From assembly GCA_044507735.1 (NCBI GenBank), contig JBIQJB010000001.1, positions 102,255 to 126,254 of the forward strand: 24,000 nt of DNA. The letters are read 5' to 3'. How positions within the stretch are numbered: position 1 is the first letter of the stretch; every line of letters begins with the position of its first letter. Shown piece by piece: positions 14,879-22,090 of the stretch. A program made the translations under genes and the position numbers. Source of the DNA: Nitrosopumilales archaeon (GTDB lineage Archaea; Thermoproteota; Nitrososphaeria; Nitrososphaerales; Nitrososphaeraceae). The notes below the pieces were generated by a model. That model was not told the origin of the DNA. It searched no databases and saw only the letters and a program-made list of their open reading frames with translations.

Positions 14879-16054
14879 TTAGAGGGACCCTTTGCTTCCA
14901 AAGAGGCCGCTAAAACCTGTGCTTTTTGCCCTCGTCAACAGCACTGCAAGGCCAATCACGGCTGCTGCCACTATTGCTGCGCTGACGGGGAACTCTGGCA
15001 CAACCACCATGTTAAAGTCGACACTCTCTGTAAACTGGCCTGTTCCCATTCCGCTGACCGAGTTAATGCGGATTGTGGCCGTGAACCCCCCAGCGTCATC
15101 AAACACGACTTCGTGCGTGCCAGTACCAAACTCTGCATCTGCGTTTTGGTTCCTGAACTCCTGTACTACGCCACCGCTGCTGTTCATAATTACAAAGTCA
15201 TAGTTTGCCCTTTCTAGCGGAAAGCCAGACCTGTCTGCCAAGCTTATGCTAAATGTCACTGGAGTTCCTGGTTGGATCGAAGAAGGCTCCCAGTCCAGTG
15301 TTATCCTGTAGTCGCCTCTGCCCGTACTCTTGCTCAAAGGTGGTTCAGGAACTCGCTGCTCGCTTGATGGTGGTTCTGGCTTGCCAGTACCTCTCTCGAG
15401 GAGCTCAAATTCGAACTGGACTTGCGGGTTCCCTGTAGCACTGTCTGTAAAGAATTGTGCCTTGATTGGGAATGGGAATCCTTTCTCTATCCATATCCTG
15501 CTAGTTACTCCCTTGTGGTATGTCAAGAGAGTAGTGTCAAATTGCTGGCCACCTATGGTGATAGTCTCAGGACCGCTTACTATGAGGTCAGAACCACCTA
15601 TGGAGCCCGCCCTGCCCCAGTTGGTCCCCGGAGCAAGTGATTTGGGATCGGCCTTCGTCGTAAATGAATCTAGCCAGTGCAGCGAGCCGCTGTATCCGCC
15701 AATGAAATCATTCATTTCGCGGGGAACATTGCTCCCGCCTGCAAGGTATGCCATGCTGTCTGAAAGCTTCATTGTTCCTTGGATGACGGTGCCATCATCG
15801 TCAACAACAAACGCCGGGACTATCCAGTCGCCGTCCTGTTGCTCCTGGAAGTACAATGTCATTTCGTACGGCTGATCGTCATTTGTGTCAAGCTCATGGA
15901 TCCTGTACGTGACGAACATGTCTTGCTGGACACCTTGACCTGGATACCAGACGTTGTCCTGCTGTGCATACGCGCTTCCGCTGAGAGCCACTGCAGATGC
16001 TCCAAATGCAAGCAGCGAAGCAACGAACGCAAAGGCGAGAAATCTATAATTCAT
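14879..16054 (-). CDS. Secreted protein of unknown function with an N-terminal signal peptide and a C-terminal PEF-CTERM-like (archaeosortase-type) anchor
   Basis: 391 aa. Signal peptide MNYRFLAFAFVASLLAFGASAVALSGSAYA. Pro-rich linker GKPEPPSSEQRVPEPP. C-terminal beta-sandwich-like module (YRITLDWEPSSIQPGTPVTFSISL...). Tripartite end: VVPEFP, hydrophobic helix VSAAIVAAAVIGLAVLL, then basic TRAK. Confidence 0.8.
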   Translation of the reverse strand: MNYRFLAFAFVASLLAFGASAVALSGSAYAQQDNVWYPGQGVQQDMFVTYRIHELDTNDDQPYEMTLYFQEQQDGDWIVPAFVVDDDGTVIQGTMKLSDSMAYLAGGSNVPREMNDFIGGYSGSLHWLDSFTTKADPKSLAPGTNWGRAGSIGGSDLIVSGPETITIGGQQFDTTLLTYHKGVTSRIWIEKGFPFPIKAQFFTDSATGNPQVQFEFELLERGTGKPEPPSSEQRVPEPPLSKSTGRGDYRITLDWEPSSIQPGTPVTFSISLADRSGFPLERANYDFVIMNSSGGVVQEFRNQNADAEFGTGTHEVVFDDAGGFTATIRINSVSGMGTGQFTESVDFNMVVVPEFPVSAAIVAAAVIGLAVLLTRAKSTGFSGLFGSKGSL

Positions 16055-16079
16055 TAATAAAAATAGAAAGATGGGAACT

Positions 16080-16093
16080 GATAAATGTTTTTT
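16080..16093 (-). promoter_or_regulatory. TATA-like box of the 391-aa gene (minus strand AAAAAACATTTATC)
   Basis: Lies 25 nt upstream of the ATG at 16054. Confidence 0.45.
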
Positions 16094-16141
16094 CTGTAAT
16101 TGACTACTTCCATAGCTGAAACATGTTGGATTCTGCTGCGA

Positions 16142-16321
16142 TCATCCTGCCCGATTGTCTGCAATCTTTGGCACCGTAGAGATAGTCAATGTGTGTCCCT
16201 TTATAGGGATAGTATCTATGAGCCCCGATGGTATCTGAATTACGCCATTAGCTACTTCATCGCTTACTCTTGGTCGCAGTATGGTTTGATGACCAGTCAT
16301 TGATTGGGCGTTGCATCGCAT
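16142..16321 (-). CDS. Possible small protein (52-59 aa) with a SpoVT/AbrB-like swapped-hairpin pattern
   Basis: Below the 60-aa ORF-track cutoff; translated by hand as MRCNAQSMTGHQTILRPRVSDEVANGVIQIPSGLIDTIPIKGHTLTISTVPKIADNRAG. The segment G.IQIPSGL....IKG..L.I resembles AbrB-type DNA-binding domains. There is no convincing TATA box at the right distance, so the call is weak. Confidence 0.25.
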   Translation of the reverse strand: MRCNAQSMTGHQTILRPRVSDEVANGVIQIPSGLIDTIPIKGHTLTISTVPKIADNRAG

Positions 16322-16504
16322 TGATCCTCCCGGACACTTCTCTTCCAGCTTCTCCGCGGTTGCGACAGTCTAGCTCACTGTATACTGTGACCACCACCGA
16401 GAAACAGGTGTTGAATCCTCCTATATCTGAAAGTTGTGAGCTTTGTCCGTAGAACATTAGTAAACAAATAAGTAGACCCAGAGCAAGACTATTTGTATAT
16501 AGAA

Positions 16505-16672
16505 ATGTGCAACTGCCCCAAGGTCACATTTTATGAAGTGGATTTCAAGCTCGTCGGGATGAAGGTCGTGGCAAACCACAAGAACTGCGGCGACTTTTTG
16601 AATGAAGATCAATATTCTTCGTTCGAAAAGGAACTAACAAAGTACTGGGGCTTTGAAGAAAAGAAGGAATAG
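16505..16672 (+). CDS. Small hypothetical protein (55 aa, or 37 aa from the internal ATG at 16559)
   Basis: Below the track cutoff; translated by hand as MCNCPKVTFYEVDFKLVGMKVVANHKNCGDFLNEDQYSSFEKELTKYWGFEEKKE. It is followed immediately by a hairpin plus T6 terminator. TTTGTATATAG at 16491-16501 sits too close to the first ATG, so the start is uncertain. Confidence 0.4.
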   Translation: MCNCPKVTFYEVDFKLVGMKVVANHKNCGDFLNEDQYSSFEKELTKYWGFEEKKE

Positions 16673-16690
16673 ACACGCAGCGTGTTTTTT
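16673..16690 (+). terminator. Hairpin plus T-run terminator (ACACG-CAG-CGTGT-TTTTT)
   Basis: A 5-bp stem with a 3-nt loop and then a T run, starting directly after the TAG at 16670-16672. Confidence 0.55.
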
Positions 16691-16793
16691 GTTCCGAAGG
16701 GCAATGCTGTTTAAATTCGCCTGTAGAGGCTGCTTACTTGCTTCGCGCCAACTTTATTAATGCCGGGACGAATTCGGTTCTAGGTAGTTTCAG

Positions 16794-17048
16794 ATGACCA
16801 AAATGCTAAATGTCAACATAGACACGTCAGGTATAGATGCTAACGAAGCCCAGGAATGGGTCAATGAGCTTGCAAACGTCTATGCAGATCTGCAGATCTC
16901 TGATGTGAACGTCTCGGGCAGCAAGATCTCGTTCAAGGCTGGCTTCTCGGGCATGGAAGATACCGAGCCAGATGACATCAAAATGAAGATCGAAGAATAT
17001 CTGACGATGAACGAGGCGTTCCAAGCAAAGAGCATCAACGTCCGCTAG
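16794..17048 (+). CDS. Small acidic hypothetical protein (84 aa)
   Basis: ATG start. TATA-like CTTTATTAATG lies about 32 nt upstream (16752-16762). A hairpin/T-rich terminator follows downstream. No recognisable domain. Confidence 0.5.
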   Translation: MTKMLNVNIDTSGIDANEAQEWVNELANVYADLQISDVNVSGSKISFKAGFSGMEDTEPDDIKMKIEEYLTMNEAFQAKSINVR

Positions 17049-17050
17049 AA

Positions 17051-17080
17051 AGGCCTCTGGCCTCATCTTTTCTTATCTTT
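17051..17080 (+). terminator. Hairpin AGGCC-TCT-GGCCT followed by a T-rich tract (CATCTTTTCTTATCTTTT)
   Basis: Read directly, starting 3 nt after the stop codon of the 84-aa ORF. Confidence 0.5.
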
Positions 17081-17155
17081 TAGACAATTAGAGCTTACCA
17101 ATCATGATCAATTGTTACTAAGCATTAAATAGAAAATTTGTGCTGGATAGTGAGA

Positions 17156-17404
17156 ATGACTTGTAAAGGTATATGCATCCGTCACAAGGCTCAGAAGCCG
17201 GTTGGCTCAGGCAGGTACGCCAGCGGACAGAAGAGGTGTCAGATCTGCGAGATATTCATCAAGTGGGATGGTCTCTGGTGCCCGTGTTGTGGCTACAGGC
17301 TGAGGACAAAGCCCCGGAACCTGAAATACAAGGCAAAGCTGAGGGCTAGAACCAGCGGCGGCCTCGAAGCACCACAACCTGTACTGACAGTAAGGCGCAA
17401 GTAG
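17156..17404 (+). CDS. Small basic zinc-ribbon protein (82 aa)
   Basis: MTCKGICIRHKAQKPVGSGRYASGQKRCQICEIFIKWDGLWCPCCGYRLRTKPR. CxxxC...CxxC...CPCC arrangement with a Lys/Arg-rich tail. The ATG at 17156 lies about 25 nt downstream of CATTAAATAG (17122-17131); the track's TTG at 17138 is unlikely to be the start. Confidence 0.65.
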   Translation: MTCKGICIRHKAQKPVGSGRYASGQKRCQICEIFIKWDGLWCPCCGYRLRTKPRNLKYKAKLRARTSGGLEAPQPVLTVRRK

Positions 17405-17409
17405 GATAA

Positions 17410-18252
17410 CTAGGCTTTGAGGCCGTCTCTTGCGGCCCTTGATAGCTTTTTCTGCATCTTTTCGAGCTGTTGTTCGTCGCTTGTCAGGTCCAATGCCAGC
17501 TGGATAAGCTTGGCGTATTTGTTATGAAACTCGTCTGTTCTTCTTGCGAGGTCTTTTGCTGCAACTCTTCCTGCATAATAGTAGCAGTCTGTCAGCATGC
17601 TTTTTTCAAGCAGATGATCTGTCTTTGCCGCAAATAGATTCCTGTCATAATCTTTCGATTTGAGCTCTAAGACAGCCTGCAAGGACCTGGATATCGTCGG
17701 GCGGGTCGCCCTGTCTGTTCCAATACACTCCAGCGCCACCTCGATACCTTCTGTCGTGTTGCCCGTCTGTCTTATCTGTTCAAGCTCGTGCAAGGGCATC
17801 GGCCGGACACCAGACATGGCGAGCATTCCTTCGAGAAAGTCATATGCAGAGATCTTGAGCCACATCGCAGCGACTCCCGGGTGCTTTGACTGAACCATTT
17901 TCTGCTGACAAAAGAGTGAGCTTACGAACGATTTCTTGCCTGCGGCGGCCAGCGCCCTTTTGTACCTTTTGGAAACATCTTGTCCAACAGATGAGAGTGC
18001 AAACTTGTTGCTGTCTCTTAGTATTGACATGCCACCCAGCTCGACTACATAATTCCTTGCTGGCTCTGGAAAATGCACAATTTCTACGAAATGTCTGTCA
18101 ATACATGTTACTTGATCATCCCCTGGAGCAAATACTACAAGATCATATTCGCAACAATCCAAGGATTCATCAGTAGTACGACATCCTATCAGTGCCACTG
18201 GATGGGGGATCTTGTCTGTGAATTTCCGGATGGCTGCTGGGACAGCAGGCAC
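17410..18252 (-). CDS. Hypothetical protein (280 aa), no domain recognised
   Basis: Long ATG-initiated ORF with ordinary composition and a helical C-terminal half. Convergent with the zinc-ribbon gene and divergent from the sugar dehydrogenase gene. Confidence 0.7.
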   Translation of the reverse strand: MPAVPAAIRKFTDKIPHPVALIGCRTTDESLDCCEYDLVVFAPGDDQVTCIDRHFVEIVHFPEPARNYVVELGGMSILRDSNKFALSSVGQDVSKRYKRALAAAGKKSFVSSLFCQQKMVQSKHPGVAAMWLKISAYDFLEGMLAMSGVRPMPLHELEQIRQTGNTTEGIEVALECIGTDRATRPTISRSLQAVLELKSKDYDRNLFAAKTDHLLEKSMLTDCYYYAGRVAAKDLARRTDEFHNKYAKLIQLALDLTSDEQQLEKMQKKLSRAARDGLKA

Positions 18253-18341
18253 ACGGTCAATTGACAGGGCCGGGATTTAACCTGTTAGCCGAGGCGGCAG
18301 GATCAACTCTAATATACGAACATAAACTATATCATAGCGCA

Positions 18342-19724
18342 ATGAAGGGCAAGGCCAAGGCAGTCTCAGCTAGCAGGCATAACAGCCGCAGCAACAACAA
18401 CGATATTTTGAAAAAGATCAAGACCGGCGAGTTCAAGATCGCAGTTTATGGCCTTGGTCATGTCGGGTCTCCCCTTGCTTCGGCCTGGCTTCGCGCAGGC
18501 GCTCACGTAGTAGGCGTTGACAAGTCGCCGAAAGTGCTTGAAAACGCAAGGCATGGAAAAACGCACGTACCAGAGCCGGGTGTGAACGAGGCTTTTGCAA
18601 TGGGGCTCAAGGAAAAGAGGTTTTATGTCTATGACGATCCGGTGAAGGCATCGCAGGACGCTCATTTGAAGATGATTTGCGTGCCAGTGCTACTCACCGA
18701 TTCGTTCTCTGCCGATTTGGCAGCAGTAAAGCAGGTAGCATCTGCGATCGGCCGCGGTTTGAAAAAGGGTGACATCGTTTCACTCAATCCTAGTGTGCCG
18801 CCTGGAACATCAGAAGATGTCGTGCTACCGATTTTGGAAAAGGAGAGCGGTCTGAAGGTCGAGCACGACTTTTACATGGTATACAACCCCGAGAGGATCT
18901 ACGAGGGCAGGGCAATAGAGGATATTGAAGAGCGCTATCCTGCCGTGGTATCTGGAGCGGGCCCAAAGAGCCTTGAGATGGGAGGCAATCTATATTCAAT
19001 CATTGCAAAGAAAGGCGTCATCAAGATGAGCAGCATGAGAACAGCCGAAACTGAAAAGCTTCTTGAAGGCGTCTACCGGGATGTCAATATCGCACTTGCC
19101 AACGAGATGGCCAAGTTCTGCGAAAAGGTCGGAGTGAACTTTTGGGAGGCAAGAGAAGCGGCAAACTCACAACCATTCTGTCACATACACAAGCCGGGCG
19201 CAGGTGTGGGCGGCGCATGTATTCCTGTATATCCTCAGTTTATTTTGCACACCGCTGATACCAACAAGGTTGAATGCAATATTACCAGACTTGGGCGAAA
19301 TGTCAACAATTCGATGCCGGGATACTGCGTAGACCAGGCGATAAGGCTGCTTGGACAAGATGATGCCTCACAGGCAACTGTCGCGCTGCTCGGCCTCGCA
19401 TTCAGAGGTGGAGTATCAGACACACGCCTTTCTCCAACCTATGATGTAATTGAAGAACTAAGGAAGCGAAAAGTGAAGGAAATCCGAGTACACGACCCGC
19501 TTGTAGAAAGCGACCCGAACCTGCCGGAGGATGTGACGTTGACGTCCAGCCTTCCAAGAGCGACACAGGGTGCTGATCTTGTGATCTTGGTTTCAGATCA
19601 TCCGGAGTACAGGAATCTGAGTCAGCAAGACCTGGATGGCGCACCTGTGTATGACGGCCGCGGCATACTTGATGGATCGCGTTTTGCCTCTGGAAGATTT
19701 GCATCGATAGGCAGACCCAGTTAG
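18342..19724 (+). CDS. Nucleotide-sugar dehydrogenase (UDP-glucose/GDP-mannose dehydrogenase family, WecC/UDP-ManNAc-DH-like)
   Basis: Rossmann motif IAVYGLGHVGSPLA. Catalytic-Cys region GAGVGGACIPVYP. C-terminal UDP-binding domain LGLAFRGGVSDTRLSP. The ATG at 18342 lies about 26 nt after AATATAC (18311-18317), so the TTG at 18261 is unlikely to be the start. Confidence 0.9.
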   Translation: MKGKAKAVSASRHNSRSNNNDILKKIKTGEFKIAVYGLGHVGSPLASAWLRAGAHVVGVDKSPKVLENARHGKTHVPEPGVNEAFAMGLKEKRFYVYDDPVKASQDAHLKMICVPVLLTDSFSADLAAVKQVASAIGRGLKKGDIVSLNPSVPPGTSEDVVLPILEKESGLKVEHDFYMVYNPERIYEGRAIEDIEERYPAVVSGAGPKSLEMGGNLYSIIAKKGVIKMSSMRTAETEKLLEGVYRDVNIALANEMAKFCEKVGVNFWEAREAANSQPFCHIHKPGAGVGGACIPVYPQFILHTADTNKVECNITRLGRNVNNSMPGYCVDQAIRLLGQDDASQATVALLGLAFRGGVSDTRLSPTYDVIEELRKRKVKEIRVHDPLVESDPNLPEDVTLTSSLPRATQGADLVILVSDHPEYRNLSQQDLDGAPVYDGRGILDGSRFASGRFASIGRPS

Positions 19725-19757
19725 GTTTAATACCACCTGAAAAAAGATTTCAGATGC

Positions 19758-20801
19758 TTGGCCCGCAGCTTGAATCTTCTGCTGACTGTCGCTTGGGAAA
19801 ATAACTCCGTAGTGCTCATTGACCAGACAAAGCTACCAAACAAACTGGCCTATGTGAAGTGCAAGAGCTATCCGGAAGTGGCTGATGCCATCAAGAGGCT
19901 TGCAGTTCGCGGGGCGCCTGCCATCGGCGTCACTGCAGCCTTTGGACTTGCGCTTGCGGCCCAGCAGAGCAAGGCAAAGACTTTGCCGGAATTGATGACG
20001 GATCTCGAGACGGCTTTCAAAGTCCTCAGGGCTACGAGGCCCACTGCCGTCAACCTCTTCTGGGCACTGGAACGTGTGATGGGCAAGGCAAAGCGGGGCA
20101 AGTCCCTGCAGGAGGTTAAGAAGCTTGTGCTTGACGAGGCGCTAAGAATGTCTGAGGAGGACATTAGTGCCAACAGGCAGATGGGTGCAAACGGAGCCAA
20201 GTTGCTCCAGGATGGAGACATCGTCCTCACTCACTGCAACGCCGGCTCTCTTGCTACGGTGGCATACGGAACCGCCCTTGGTGTAATTAGGGCTGCAAAA
20301 GAGTCGGGCAAGCGCCTGAGCGTCATTGCGACTGAAACTCGACCGGTGATGCAGGGAGCAAGGCTAACTGCTTTTGAGCTCCAGCATGACGGAATTGATG
20401 TTAGCTTGATCCCTGACACGGCTGTTGGCCACATGATGGCGAGGGGAGCGATAAAGCGAGTCATTGTGGGTGCAGACAGGGTGCTTCGCACCGGTCACGT
20501 CTTCAACAAGATAGGCACATACCAGGTCGCAATCCTCGCAAACAAACACAAGATCCCGTTCTACGTAGCGGCTCCTCTATCCACGTTTGACTTTGAGAGC
20601 AACCCCGAGGATGTCGTTATTGAGGAGAGGTCAGTCGACGAGGTGGTCAAGGTAGGAAGCAAGAGGATCGCGCCAAAGAAGGTGAGGGTCTTTAATCCGG
20701 CGTTTGACATGACACCGCCGGAGCTGATTACTGGCATAATCACCGAGCGGGGCGTTCTAAAGCCGCCATTTGAGAAAAATCTAAAGGCATTGCTTGGCTA
20801 G
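19758..20801 (+). CDS. mtnA: Methylthioribose-1-phosphate isomerase-like protein (MtnA / aIF-2BI, eIF-2B alpha/beta/delta family)
   Basis: 347 aa. VVLIDQTKLP...VKC, AIKRLAVRGAPAIGVTAAFGLALA, TRPTAVNLFWAL, CNAGSLAT and VGADR. TTG start; no in-frame ATG lies near the N-terminus. Confidence 0.85.
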   Translation: MARSLNLLLTVAWENNSVVLIDQTKLPNKLAYVKCKSYPEVADAIKRLAVRGAPAIGVTAAFGLALAAQQSKAKTLPELMTDLETAFKVLRATRPTAVNLFWALERVMGKAKRGKSLQEVKKLVLDEALRMSEEDISANRQMGANGAKLLQDGDIVLTHCNAGSLATVAYGTALGVIRAAKESGKRLSVIATETRPVMQGARLTAFELQHDGIDVSLIPDTAVGHMMARGAIKRVIVGADRVLRTGHVFNKIGTYQVAILANKHKIPFYVAAPLSTFDFESNPEDVVIEERSVDEVVKVGSKRIAPKKVRVFNPAFDMTPPELITGIITERGVLKPPFEKNLKALLG

Positions 20802-20849
20802 CATCGGATAAAGTATTTATCGTCTTTTGGGTCACATAGCCTTAATTAC

Positions 20850-21449
20850 ATGTCGCAAGAGACAGTGACAGAGGCGCAGGTTTACGATGCTTTGAAGAAG
20901 TGCATGGATCCAGAAATTCCTGTCAACGTGGTTGACCTTGGGCTCATATATGGAGTCAAGATCGCAAGCGGCAAGGACGTGGACATTAAGATGACAATGA
21001 CAACAAGAGGCTGCCCGCTTCACGATACTCTTGTTAGCGACGTAAAGCGGTATGTTGGCAAGATAAACGGCATTGGCAAGATCAATGTGGAGATTGTTTG
21101 GGACCCGCCATGGACACTTGAAAAGATGAACCCTGAGGTCCGCGAAAAGCTCGGGTTCGGCAAGCCAAAGCTCCGTTTCCAGATCGACTACGAAAAGAGC
21201 AAGCCCCTCAAGGTGGGAAGATATGCCCGGCAGGAGGATGGGTCGCTGGTTCTCGCGAATGACAAGGACATGAGCTACATGGTCAATGAAGCGATAATTG
21301 AGTTCTGGAACACCTGTGACGGTACCAAAACGATAAACCAGCTCACAGACCAGTTTTCTGCAAAACTAGGCATGCCAAGGCAGCAGGTCGAACAGGAAGT
21401 CGTCCAGCTGGTCCAACAGTTGCTTGAAGCCGAGCTGCTCAAGGCCTGA
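20850..21449 (+). CDS. Fusion protein: N-terminal DUF59 (MIP18/SufT-like Fe-S assembly domain) and C-terminal PqqD-like (RRE-type peptide-binding) domain
   Basis: 199 aa. Residues ~1-103: VYDALKKCMDPEIPVNVVDLGLIY...TMTTRGCPLHDTL...VEIVWDPPWT, the DUF59 signature including the conserved Cys-Pro. Residues ~135-199: SYMVNEAIIEFWNTCDGTKTINQLTDQFSAKLGMPRQQVEQEVVQLVQQLLEAELL, the PqqD pattern (lNe.a..iW...dG.rt..ei...l.......e....v..fl..L...gLl). Confidence 0.8.
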   Translation: MSQETVTEAQVYDALKKCMDPEIPVNVVDLGLIYGVKIASGKDVDIKMTMTTRGCPLHDTLVSDVKRYVGKINGIGKINVEIVWDPPWTLEKMNPEVREKLGFGKPKLRFQIDYEKSKPLKVGRYARQEDGSLVLANDKDMSYMVNEAIIEFWNTCDGTKTINQLTDQFSAKLGMPRQQVEQEVVQLVQQLLEAELLKA

Positions 21450-22009
21450 TGCTTGACTTTTCATCTTGGCCAGGCATAATTGTAGAGCTTGGCATGGGAG
21501 ATGGCAGGCTTCTTGAAAGCCTAGCAAAGCGGGATGGCGATTCTTTGTACGTCGGCATTGAGCTTGATCGTGAACAGTGCAGGAGGGCTCAATCGAGGAT
21601 AATGCTTGGCAATGTGGAGATATTGAACGGATCTTTTGAAGACATCCTTCCCACTTTTCCTGACAGGTCCGTGGACCGGTTTATTGCAGTGCTGCCAGAC
21701 CCTGCATACATCGATGAGAAAAAGCAAGAGCTGTGGATCCCCTTCTACAGGGTCGTTTTTGAGAAACTGAAAGAGGCAGGCACGCTCGAGCTTATTACCG
21801 AAATAACCGACGAACTCTTTCAGCCTGTGAGCGAGAAAGCGTACCGGAAGTGGGCCGGATGGCTCAAGTCTGTCTTCCTCTCTATGGGGTTTTCAGTGAA
21901 GAGAGAGCAGGAGGGAGCTCCCGATCGATACCGGTCACGCTGCATTGACCAGTTTAGAGGTGACCCTGAGCGGATCAGGATGATAACGCTCGAGCTTGAA
22001 AAGCGATGA
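21449..22009 (+). CDS. Class I SAM-dependent methyltransferase, TrmB-like fold
   Basis: 186 aa. VELGMGDGRLLESLA (GxGxG), VGIELD and FIAVLPDPAY resemble the TrmB FPDPW region. The start overlaps the upstream stop by 1 nt (TGATG). Confidence 0.6.
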   Translation: MLDFSSWPGIIVELGMGDGRLLESLAKRDGDSLYVGIELDREQCRRAQSRIMLGNVEILNGSFEDILPTFPDRSVDRFIAVLPDPAYIDEKKQELWIPFYRVVFEKLKEAGTLELITEITDELFQPVSEKAYRKWAGWLKSVFLSMGFSVKREQEGAPDRYRSRCIDQFRGDPERIRMITLELEKR

Positions 22010-22090
22010 TCAAAAAAATTTCCGGACTTTGATTTAGTGTCACTCTTCGCTAATCCAGCTGAAAACCGGCTTTATAGTTGGAGCGCGGCT

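Noticed and set aside
14532-14882. 116-aa Arg-rich plus-strand ORF, with a second ORF at 14675-14863
   Set aside because: They are antisense to the two-TM amoX-like gene and its promoter. The extreme Arg/Cys content is typical of the reverse frame of a Gly/Ala-rich gene.
15330-15875. 181-aa plus-strand ORF
   Set aside because: It is antisense to the 391-aa secreted-protein gene, which has a coherent signal peptide, domains and anchor. The antisense frame has no features.
19868-20491. Two minus-strand ORFs of 120 and 86 aa
   Set aside because: They are antisense to the MtnA-like gene, whose family motifs are unambiguous. Both are Ala/Ser/Leu-rich shadow frames.
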